DNA of 64,000 bases from the NCBI RefSeq assembly GCF_964355755.1, contig NC_092676.1:10579888-10643887 (forward strand), read 5' to 3'. Below, piece after piece: positions 14,501 to 27,804 of the stretch. Source of the stretch: Antedon mediterranea (Eukaryota > Animalia > Echinodermata). How positions within the stretch are numbered: the first letter of the stretch is position 1; every line of letters starts with the position of its first letter. The notes beneath the pieces are model-generated. The model did no database searches and had not been told where the DNA came from. It saw only the letters and a list, made by a program, of their open reading frames with translations. A program made the translations under genes and the position numbers.

Positions 14501-17500
14501 GCAACCAACTAAACTGAACTGCATTCATCTGTTTATATTTGTCCTACAACCAATAGATCAAACTACATTGTTGTGTTTAATTTTGTCCTAAATCAACCAA
14601 CTAAACGGAACTGTATTGCTGTCTACATTTGTCTCACAATCAACTAAACTAAAGTTTAATTCCTCTGTTAAATTTTGGCCTAAAGCAACGAGCTAAACTG
14701 AACTGCATTCATCTGTTTATATTTGTCCTACAAACAATAGATCAAACTACTTTGATGTGTTTAATTTTGTCCTACAACAATTACCTAAACTGAACTGCAT
14801 TCATCTGTTTATATTTGTCTTACAACCAGTAGATCAAACTACTTTGTTGTGTTTAATTTTGTCCTAAAACAACCAACTAAACTGAACTGCATTCATCTGT
14901 TTATATTTGTCCTACAACCAATAGATCAAACTACATTGTTGTGTTTAATTTTGTCCTAAATCAACCAACTAAACGGAACTGTATTGCTGTCTACATTTGT
15001 CTCACAATCAACTAAACTAAAGTTTAATTCCTCTGTTAAATTTTGGCATAAATCAACTAACCAAACTGCACTGCATTCCTCTGTTTAATTTTGGTATAAA
15101 TCAACCAACTAAACTGAAATGTATTGCTGTCTACATTTGTCCCACAATCAACTAAACTAAACTTTAATTCCTTTGTATAATTTTGGCATAAATCAACTAA
15201 CTAAACTGCACTGCATTCCTCTGTTTCATTTTGGTATAAATCAACCAACTAAACTGAACTGTATTGCTGTCTACATTTGTCCCACACTCAACTAAATTAA
15301 CTTTAATTTCTCTGTTTAATTGGCATAAATCAACAAACTAAACTGAACTGCATTCCTCTGTTTAATTTTGGTATAAATCAACCAACTAAACTAAACTGTA
15401 TTGCTGTCTACATTTGTCCCACACTCAACTAAACTAAACTTTAATTTCTCTGTTTAATTGGCATAAATCAACTACCTAAACTGAACTGCATTCATCTGTT
15501 CATATTTGTCCTACAACAATAGATCAAACTACATTGTTGTGTTTAATTTTATCCTACATCAATTAACTAAACTGAACTGCCTTCCCCTGTTTATATTTGT
15601 CTTACAACCAGTAGATCAAACTACATTGTTGTGTTTAATTTTTTCCTACAACAATTACCTAAACTGAACTGCATTCATCTCTTTATATTTGTCCTACAAC
15701 AACAGATCAAACTACATTGTTGTGTTTAATTTTATCCTAAAGCAACCAACTAAACTGAACTGCATTCATCTGTTTATATTTGTCCTACAACACCATATCA
15801 AACTACATTGTTGTGTTTAATTTTGTCCTACAACAATTACCTAAACTGAACTGTATTCATCTGTTTATATTTGTCCTACAACTAATAGATCAAACTACAT
15901 TGTTGTGTTTAATTTTGTCCTACAACAATTAACTAAACTGAACTGCATTCCCCTGTTTATATTTGTCTTACAACCAGTAGATCAAACTATATTGTTGTGT
16001 TTAATTTTTTCCTACAACAATTACCTAAACTGAACTGCATTCATCTGTTTATATTTGTCCTACAACAACAGATCAAACTACATTGTTGTGTTTAATTTTA
16101 TCCTAAAGCAACCAACTAAACTGAACTGCATTCATCTGTTTATATTTGTCCTACAACAACAGATCAAACTACATTGTTGTGTTTAAATTTATCCTAAAGC
16201 AACCAACTAAACTGAACTGTATTCATCTGTTTATATTTGTCCTACAACAACAGATCAAACTACATTGTTGTGTTTAATTTTATCCTAAAGCAACCAACTA
16301 AACTGAACTGCATTCATCTGTTTATATTTGTCCTACAAACAATAAATCAAACTACATTGTTGTGCTTAATTTTATCCTAAAACAACCAACTAAACTGAAC
16401 TGCATTCATCTGTTTATATTTGTCTTACAACCAATAGATCAAACTACTTTGTTGTGTTTAATTTTGGTATAAATCAATCAACTAAACTGAACTGTATTGC
16501 TGTCTACATTTGTCCCACACTCAACTAAACTAAACTTTAATTTCTCTGTTTAATTGGCATAAATCAACTACCTAAACTGAACTGCATTCATCTGTTTATA
16601 TGTGTCCTACAAATAATAGATCAAACTACATTGTTGTGTTTAATTTTGTCCTACAACAATTACCTAAACTGAACTGCATTCATCTGTTTATATTTGTCTT
16701 ACAACCAATAAATCAAACTACATTGTTGTGTTTAATTTTGTCCTAAAGCAACGAGCTAAACTGAACTGCATTCATCTGTTTATATTTGTCCTACAAACAA
16801 TAGATCAAACTACTTTGATGTGTTTAATTTTGTCCTACAACAATTACCTAAACTGAACTGCATTCATCTGTTTATATTTGTCTTACAACCAGTAGATCAA
16901 ACTACTTTGTTGTGTTTAATTTTGTCCTAAAACAACCAACTAAACTGAACTGCATTCATCTGTTTATATTTGTCCTACAACCAATAGATCAAACTACATT
17001 GTTGTGTTTAATTTTGTCCTAAATCAACCAACTAAACGGAACTGTATTGCTGTCTACATTTGTCTCACAATCAACTAAACTAAAGTTTAATTCCTCTGTT
17101 AAATTTTGGCATAAATCAACTAACCAAACTGCACTGCATTCCTCTGTTTAATTTTGGTATAAATCAACCAACTAAACTGAAATGTATTGCTGTCTACATT
17201 TGTCCCACAATCAACTAAACTAAACTTTAATTCCTTTGTATAATTTTGGCATAAATCAACTAACTAAACTGCACTGCATTCCTCTGTTTCATTTTGGTAT
17301 AAATCAACCAACTAAACTGAACTGTATTGCTGTCTACATTTGTCCCACACTCAACTAAATTAACTTTAATTTCTCTGTTTAATTGGCATAAATCAACAAA
17401 CTAAACTGAACTGCATTCCTCTGTTTAATTTTGGTATAAATCAACCAACTAAACTAAACTGTATTGCTGTCTACATTTGTCCCACACTCAACTAAACTAA

Positions 17501-20500
17501 ACTTTAATTTCTCTGTTTAATTGGCATAAATCAACTACCTAAACTGAACTGCATTCATCTGTTTATATTTGTCCTACAACTAATAGATCGAACTACATTG
17601 TTGTGTTTAATTTTGTCCTACAACAATTAACTAAACTGAACTGCATTCCCCTGTTTATATTTGTCCAAAAACCAATAAATCAAACTACATTGTATTTTTT
17701 AATTTTGTCCTACAACAGATACCTAAACTGAACTGCATTCATCTGTTTATATTTGTCCTACAACTAATAGATCAAACTACATTGGTGTGTTTAATTTTGT
17801 CCTGAATCAACTAAACATTTACTAATTATCAACTACATTTACTTTCATAGAATCAAGTAAATATGTAGTAATTGATCAACTACATTTATTGTGTTTAAAT
17901 CAACTAAATAATTACTGAATAAATTACATTTATTGTGTTTAAATCAACTAAACAAATACTGATTAAACTACATTTGTTGTGTTTAAATCAACTAAACAAT
18001 TCTAATTATTAACTACACCTACTATCATCAAATAAACTAAACAATTACTAAATTATCAACTATATGTTGTGTTTAAATAACTAAATATTTACTGAACAAT
18101 AAACTACATTTATTGTGATTAAATCAACTAAACAATGACTGATAAATTGACTACACTTGCTATTATCAAATCAACTAAACAATAACTAAATAATCAACTA
18201 CATCTATTATGTTTAAATCAGCTAAACAATTACTGATTAAACTACATTTATTGTGTTTAAATCAACTAAACAATTACTGAATTATCAACTATGTTTTGTT
18301 TAAATAACTAAATATTTACTGAAAAACTACTATCATCAAATCAACTAAACAATTACTGATTAAACTACATTTATTGTGTTTAAATCAACTAAACAATTAC
18401 TGATTATCAACTACGTCTACTATTATCAAATGAACTAAACAATTCATGATAAAGTAACTAAATTCATTGTGTTTAAATCAACTAAACAATTACTAATTAT
18501 CAACTACATCTACCATCTTTAAATCAACTAAACAATTCCTGATAAATCAACTAAATTTATTGTGTTTAAATCAACTAAACAATAACTAAATAATAAACTA
18601 CATGTATTATGTTTAAATTAGCTAAACAATTACTGATTAAACTACATTTGTTGTGTTTAAATCAACTAAACAATCCTAACTATTAACTAAACATACTATA
18701 AATCAAGTCAACTAAACAATTACTGAATTATCAAAAATATGTTGTGTTTAAATAACTATTTTTCTAAATAACTACATTTATTCTGAACTACGCCTACTCT
18801 CATAAAATTAAGTAACTATTTACTGATAAATCAACTAAACTATCCTAACTATTAACTACACTTACTATCATCAATTAATAAATAATCAAATACATTTATT
18901 ATGCTTAAATCAGCTAAACAATTACTAATTAAACTATATTTAATGTGATTAAATCAACTAAACAATTACTAATTATCAACTAAATCTACCATCTTTAAAT
19001 AAACTAAACAATTCCTGATAAATCAACTAAATTTATTGTGTTTAAATCAACTAAGCAATTACTAATTATCAACTATATCTAGCATCTTTAAATCAACTAA
19101 ACAATTACTGATAAATCAACTAAATTTATTGCATTTTTTTCAACTAACCAATTACTGATTATCAACTACACCTACTCTCATAAAATTAAGTAAATATTTA
19201 CTGATAAATCAACTAAATTTATTGTGTTTAATCAACTAAACAATTACTGACTATCAACTATATCAACCATCTTTAAATCAACTAAACAATTACTGATAAG
19301 TAAACTAAATTTATTGTGTTTAAATCAACTAAACAATTACTGATTATCAACTACGTCTACTATCATCAAATGAACTAAACAATTCCTGATAAATCAACTA
19401 AATTTATTGTGTTTAAATCAACTAAACTATCCTAACTATTAACTACACCTACTATCATAAAATCAACTAAACAATTACTAAATAATCAACTAAATGTATT
19501 GTGTTTAAATCAACTAAACAATTACTAATTGTCAACTACATCTACTCTCATAAAATTAAGTAAATATTTACTGATAAATCAACTAAATTTATTGTGTTTA
19601 AATCAACTAAACAATTACTGATTATCAACTACGTCTACTATTATCAAATGAACTAAACAATTCATGATAAAGTAACTAAATTCATTGTGTTTAAATCAAC
19701 TAAACAATTACTAATTATCAACTACATCTACCATCTTTAAATCAACTAAACAATTCCTGATAAATCAACTAAATTTATTGTGTTTAAATCAACTAAACAA
19801 TAACTAAATAATAAACTACATGTATTATGTTTAAATTAGCTAAACAATTACTGATTAAACTACATTTGTTGTGTTTAAATCAACTAAACAATAACTAAAT
19901 AATAAACTACATGTATTATGTTTAAATTAGCTAAACAATTACTGATTAAACTACATTTGTTGTGTTTAAATCAACTAAACAATCCTAACTATTAACTAAA
20001 CATACTATAAATCAAGTCAACTAAACAATTACTGAATTATCAAAAATATGTTGTTTAAATAACTATTTTTCTAAATAACTACATTTATTCTGAACTACGC
20101 CTACTCTCATAAAATTAAGTAAATATTTACTGATAAATCAACTAAACTATCCTAACTATTAACTACACTTACTATCATCAATTACTAAATAATCAAATAA
20201 ATTTATTATGTTTAAATCAGCTAAACAATTACTAATTAAACTATATTTATTGTGATTAAATCAACTAAACAATTACTAATTATCAACTAAATCTACCATC
20301 TTTAAATCAACTAAACAATTTCTGATAAATCAACTAAATTTATTGTGTTTAAATCAACTAAGCAATTACTAATTATCAACTATATCTACCATCTTTAAAT
20401 CAACTAAACAATTACTGATAAATCAACTAAATTTATTGCATTTTATTCAACTAACCAATTACTGATTATCAACTACACCTACTCTCATAAAATTAAGTAA

Positions 20501-23500
20501 ATATTTACTGATAAATCAACTAAATTTATTGTGTTTAAATCAACTACACTTACTATCATCAAATCAACTAAACAATAACTAAATAATCAACTACATTTAT
20601 TATGTTTAAATTAGCTAAACAATTACTGATTGAACTACATTTGTTATCTTTAAATCAACAAAACAATTACTGATTAAACTATATTTAACTACATTTGTTG
20701 TGTTTAAATCAACTAAACAATCCTAACTATTAACTACAAATACTATAAATCAAGTCAACTAAACAATTACTGAATTATCAAAAATATTTTGTGTTTAAGT
20801 AACTATTTTACTGAATAATAAACTACATTTATTTTGAAACTACACCTACTATCATCAAATCAACTAAAGAATTACTGATTAAACTACATTTAATAAGTTG
20901 AAATCAACTAAACAGTTAGTAATTCTCAACTACACCTACTAAACAATAACTAAATAATCAACTATTTTGTTATGATTGATCAGCTACATTCATTCTGTTT
21001 AAATCAACTAAAGAATGACTATTATCAACTACACCTACTATCATTAAACTAACTACATCTATTGTGGGCATCAGTTATATGGTGGTTTATTAGTAGTTTA
21101 AATAAAAGTAACATATTAGTAAAGCAAAAAACAATAAATTTAAAGTTAATTAATTACCTGAAGAATGTTGTGAAGTGGCGGTTGATTGAAACCACAGCAG
21201 AAACTGAAAGTATATAAAAAAAAAACAACAACAAAATCAATTGATATTCAATAATCAAATCCAGTTTTGGGTTTACAATAATTCCACAAAAATTGCCCCA
21301 GATTTCTTCATAACAAATCATTCTCATTTTATTTTAACTGTAAAACATCCGTTACTCTTTTGAAAAAAAAATGGGTAGGTTATATTATATATTGTGGCAT
21401 TGCCTTGAGTGCTCTGTTATTTAATATTAATCTTATAGATGGGTTAATAAATGGGTTAATGTTCATTTTAAAATAATTAAATAATTAAACTACAGTAATT
21501 GCTATAATATAATACTAGTCTTATATTTAACCATCTTCTCTTGTTTCCCCTTCATTTTATCTTCCTTCATCTTGTTATTTGGTATCTTCCTCTTCTAAAA
21601 TCATATTATCAATTATCTTCTTCACGTTCTAAGAAGACAAAACATGTAGTTAGAGCTAACACAGATATAAACTGAGTAATAAGAGATAAAATGTAACACA
21701 GATACAAGTAGTGTTCTCAAATAATTAGATTAACAACTACATCTATTATGTTTAAATCAGCTAAACAATTATTGAGGAAACTACATTTATTATGTTTAAA
21801 TCAACTAAACAATAACTAAATAATCAACTACATGTATTGTGATTAAATCAACACCTGCTAAGTTACACCTACTATCATGTAGACAAGTAAACACTTACTA
21901 ATTATTAAACTACATTTATTATGATTAAATTATCTAAACAAATACTAATAATAAATTACACCTAATATCATTAAATAAACTAAACAGTCCCTGACTAATC
22001 AACTAAATGTATTGTGTTTATATCAACTAAACAATTACTGATTAAACTACATTCGTTGTGTTTAAATTAACTAAACATTGAATATTCATCAACTACACTT
22101 ACAATGATAAAATCAACTAAACAATTACTGATTAAACTAAATTTGTTGTGTTTAAATCAACTAAACAATCTTAACTATTAACTACACCTACTACTGTATT
22201 ACCAAACCAAGTAAACAATTACTAAATTATCTATATGTTTAAATAACTAAATATTTACTGAATAATAAACTACATTTATTGTGATTAAATCAACTAATCT
22301 ATGACTGATACATTAACTACACTTACTATCATCAAATCAACTAAACAATAACTAAATAATCAACTACATTAATTGTGTTGAAATATACTAAATACCTAAT
22401 AATTCTCAACTACACTTTCTATCGTCAAATCAACAAAACAATTACTAATTAATCAATCAACTACATCTATTGTGTTTAAATAACTAAATATTTACTGAAT
22501 AATAAACTACATTTATTGTGATTAAATCAACTAAAGAATGACTGATAAACTAACTACATTTTCTATCATCAAATCAACTAAACAATAACTAAATAATCAA
22601 CTACATCTATTGTGTTTAAATAAACTAAACAGTTAACAATTCTCAACTACACCTACTATTTTTAAATCAACTAAGCAATTCCTGATAAATCAACAACATT
22701 TATGTTTAAGTCATCCACATGTATTGTGTTGATAAGTTGATCAGCTACACCTACTATTATCTAAACAAGTAAACAGTTATTAACTAATAAACTACAGTTA
22801 ATAAGTTTAAATCAACTAAACAATGACTAATTCTCAACTACAATTACTATCATCAAATCAATTAAATAATAACTAAATAAGCAACTCATTTTTTTTGGTT
22901 TAAATCACCTAAACAATTACTAATTAAAACTACATTTATTGTATTTAAATCAACTAAACATTTACTAATTATCAACTACATCTACTTTCATAGAATATAC
23001 TTACTAATTGATCAACTATATTTGTTGTGATTAAATCAACTAAACAATTATTGATTAAACTACATTTGTTGGTAACTAAATAATCAACTACATTAATTGT
23101 GTTTAAAATCTGCTAAACAATTACTGATTATAAACTACATATACTATTATTAAATTAACTAAGCAATTCCTGATAAACCAACTACATTTATTGTGTTTTT
23201 TAATCATCTAAAAAATTAGTAATTATCAACTACATCTACTCTCATGAAATCAAGTAAATAATTACTGATTGATCAACTACATTCATTGTGTTTAATTCAA
23301 CTAAAGAATGACTAATTATCAACTACACCTACTCTCATAAAAATTAACTCCATTTATTGTGGTGGTTTATTAGTAGTTTAAATAAGTAACATGTTAGTAA
23401 AGCAAAAAACATAAAACTCAAAATATCATATATTTAATCAATTACCTGAAGAATTTTGTGAAGTGGCAGATGATTGAAACCAAAGCAGAAACTGAAAGTA

Positions 23501-26500
23501 TATAAAAAAAAAAAACAACAACAAAATCAATTAATATTCAATAATCAAATCCAGTTTAGGGTTTACAATAATTCCACAAAAATTGTCCCAGATTTCTTCA
23601 TAAAAAATCTTTCTCATTTTATTTCAATTGTAAGACATCCGTTACTCTTTTGATAAAAAAAAATTGGTAGGTTATATTATATATTGTGGCATTGACTTGG
23701 GTGCTCTGTTATTTAATATTAATCTTATAGATAGAAAAAAAATGGGTTAATATTCATTTTATAATAATTAAACTATTACAGTAATTGCTATAATATAATA
23801 CTAGTCTTATATTTAACCATCTTCTCTTGTTTCCCCTTCATTTTATCTTCCTTCATCTTGTTATTTGGTATCTTCCTCTTCTAAAATCATATTATCAATT
23901 ATCTTCTTCACGTTCTAAGAAGACAAAATATGCAGTTAGAGCTAACAGAGATATAAACTGAGTAATAAGAGATAAAATGTAACACAGATAAAAGTATAAC
24001 TACTTGAATGTTGTGTTCTCAACTGATTACATTAATCATTGTTTACTAATATCTATACTTTTCAGTTAGCGTGTCTGCTGTTTTTGAGTTCATGATCAAG
24101 GATAGGCTTACATATAGAAATATATTAATCCATGATTTTAACAATTGCAATGGGCATAAAGTCAATTATAATAAGTAAATGATTTACCTTTTTAATTAAA
24201 AGAACAGAGCACTGTTACTGTTGCTTCCTGATTGGTATTCCTCATGGATTTACATTTCCCTTCAATTATAATTACACCTGGCACTGTTCTATTCTAAGAA
24301 AGAAATTGTTATGCATTATAAACACAACTAAACTTAGATGATATTCAATAGTGTGTTTTAACATTGTTTTCATTAAACATGGATGATGAAATAAAATTAA
24401 TTTATGTTATAGAGAAACAATTAAGTCGAATAAGGTGACATGTTTTAGAAGCAGTAGCATTTGAAATAATAAATAGAACATTGTGTTAGCGGTGATGTAA
24501 TGTATTTTTCTAATGTTGGGAAAGAATGGAACATATTTTGATATAATGGATATCAATTTTGTATATTATTAGTATAGTTAGTAGTGACAAATGCACCAAT
24601 AAAAACATATTTAGTTACCAGTATTCACTCCTTGTTCACTGCATGCACACATAACTTGTTTCCATTGATGAAAAACAGTGTTACTAAAGAAATTGCTGGA
24701 TAAACTACATAAGAATAAAACTAGAAAAAAAACTTGTTAAATTATGAAATTGCTATAGATTAAAGTTCATTTGGTTTATATTTTGTATGATGATTCTGTT
24801 TGTTTTTTAATAGTAAAAAAAAAATCAGTAATCGTATTTAAAAGTAAATATTCTCAATACAATAAATTTAAAATTACCATACTAAATTCTGGTACCGTAT
24901 TGTTTCTGAAGAGGCATCAATTTATCTGAAAAACAAAGAAAGAAATGAAGTTTAGAGAGATATTACTAATACTAGGCCTAGGCCTAGTAGTATATTGGAT
25001 AAATAAAAAACATGGTCTGAATACACTAAACCAGCCTGAATGTCTAAAATAATAATATTAGCCTAACCAAAAACACTACAGTAATATAATAATAAATTAT
25101 TTGCTTTATAAATAACACTATGTAAGAATTAGGATTGTGTGCATAGACCTAGTTTGATAAGCACAACAATGTCCAAGAAGAAACTAGGCCTAGGCCTAGC
25201 CTAGGCTAGTAGGCCTAGCCTAGTAGTAGGGGGTAGGCCTAGCTAGGGCTAGGCCTCAAAAGCAGAAGAAGCAGAAGCCTAATTGCTTAATGTTTATAGG
25301 TAGAGTAGGCCTCTAGGCCTTATTTACAAACAAGTGAAAAAGTACAGGTAGGCCTAACCTAGACCGGCTTGGGAATAAAACTACTCTCCTTGTGTACTAA
25401 CATTTTAGGCATAACTAAGGTCTGGCCTATGTAGGCCTAGGCCTAGGTAGACTTTATTTAGGGCCTTGCCTACTAGGCTAGGCCTAGTTTATAAGGCCTA
25501 TCAGCCTAATATTAAACCTTAAGAACTAATATCCATAAAGAAAACAACAACTAATGTCTTAACACTTACTTTAGATTAATTTTTGTAAGGTTTACTAGGA
25601 AATAAACCATTAGTAAACAGAGTATTCTTTTAAAAACTCGGAGATAACTTTCGTTGAGTTTTTTAATTTGTCTCGATTTTGGGTCAGGCTAAGGCTAGCC
25701 TTAACTTAATATTTAAACATGTTTACTGTGTAATTAATATATGAAGATCAGTAAAATATTATTATAATTATTTGTTAACAAATAAATTATTTGTTTTATT
25801 GTTGAAAAGTGTAATTAAGTGATGTTTTTTAACCGTAAAAAACTCTTTTTGTCGAGGTAACAAAAAAAAACCGCCCTCAACAACAAAATATCAAGAAAAG
25901 TAGAGCTAGCGCCTTAAATATGGAAAATTTAAATTTATCATAAATAATTAAAAAATAAACTAACAATTTTCATATTAATACCATATAATCAAAGTAATAA
26001 AATGACAACATTCCGTGAGTTTCAGCTGATTTAACAAATTATAGTCAAAGTTACGAGGTATGCTATATTTGGACTTAAGCAGGTTTCTGCCATCTACCAA
26101 AGGTTAATTTGCTTATATCTCAAAGAAAAAAAATCAAAACGTATCAAAACTTCACCATTATAAACTACACACATATATAGACCTACTGCCAAAAAAATGA
26201 AATTTAAAGTTAAGTATTTCTGCGACCATCGCCAAATGTGCTATTTCCAAGCAGGTAAATGCCATATGTTTTGGCCAAAAAAATACCAAAGAAAAAAAAT
26301 TAAATTTGACCATTTATAATAATCGTACGTACATGAAACTTCTCAGACTTCTTCTGTATATGTTATTTTATCGTATACAAAAAAGAAAATTTAATTTCCA
26401 TTGTTTAACAAAAAATGGCGATAATAAAACGAAAAACATCATTTGTCGTCAAATACGGTCGATGAAAAACATTACCCGATAAGAAGGCCAAGTTCAGAAA

Positions 26501-26793
26501 CCGATTTCTTAAAAAGTGGTGGTTAACGAAGGCTGGGTGAGTGATATGATCAAAAGAAACATTTTATCTATGTTTATGTGAAAATCCGATCAAAATTAGT
26601 TACCTAAAAGAAAAGATATAGCAAAACTCTATATATGGTTTTGTGAGAAATTATGGCATTTTCCTGCTATATACGAACAGTGCATTAACATAGGAAATCC
26701 CTATCTCGTTTCACTGTAAACGCAAGCAGGCAAATGCCAATAGATCTAGCGACGATATATATCGATGGGTCCAAGCAGGTAAATGCCATGTGA

Positions 26794-26846
<53 letters not shown>

Positions 26847-26908
26847 ACAACAGGCAAAGAACATTAATTCTAAACCGCCCGATGATATACTAAATTTAAT
26901 TAATTAAT

Positions 26909-26976
<68 letters not shown>

Positions 26977-27767
26977 GGCAATGAACATTGATTCTAAACC
27001 GCCCGGTAATATACTGAAATTTAATTAATTAATTTGAAACGATAAAGATGAGGAAATCTGTGAGAATGATAAAAAGTCGCCCCAACCGAGACTCGAACTT
27101 GGACCGCCTGCTTGATATGCAGATGTCCTAACCACTGGGGCTTTCATGGTATTGTTCAAACTCGATTGGATAGCGACTCTTTAACATTCTCGGCGTGGTA
27201 CGGTGGAACAGCACTAGTCCTCAGTTGTACGCACGCGCACCAGAGATCAAATTGATACGCCCTCATCTTTCAGTATTTTTATTCACGAGGCGGGATCTCC
27301 GAAGAGATACTTTTATAATATATATAAACACATCAGCCAATGAACATTAATTCTAAACCGCCCGGTGATATACTGAAATTTAATTAATTAATTTGAAACG
27401 ATAATGATGAGGAAATCTGTGAGAATGAGAAAAAGTCGCCCCAACCGAGACTCGAACTCGGACCGCCTGCTTGATATGCAATACCATGAAAGCCCCAGTG
27501 GTCTAATGGTTAGGACATCTGCATGATATGATACTGAAAGATGAGGGCGTATCAATTTGATCTCTGGTGCGCGTGCGTACAACTGAGGACTAGTGCTGTT
27601 CCACCGTACCACGCCGAGTCGCTATCCAATCGAGTTTGAACAATACCATGAAAGCCCCAGTGGTCTAATGGTTAGGACATCTGCATATCAAGCAGGCGGT
27701 CCGAGTTCGAGTCTCGGTTGAGGCGACTTTTTCTCATTCTCACAGATTTCCTCATCTTTATCGTTTC

Positions 27768-27804
<37 letters not shown>

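Larger units (their letters stand above)
5520..26797. mobile_element. ~21.3-kb non-autonomous DNA-transposon-like element inserted in (TA)n; superfamily unassigned
   Basis: TA tracts abut both ends; 21-bp perfect inverted match 5668-5688 versus 26768-26788; multiple TGGCA..CTGC motifs at both ends; no transposase ORF seen. Confidence 0.75.

Noticed and set aside
27583-27625. Possible hammerhead (CTGAGGA...GAAAGAGTC) or HDV-like fold in the tRNA-bearing unit
   Set aside because: I could not build convincing stems I and II by eye; it needs a covariance-model search
27654-27725. Bona fide tRNA-Asp(ATC) gene
   Set aside because: Atypical anticodon loop (A at position 32, ATC) and embedded in a rearranged repeat; treated as tRNA-like
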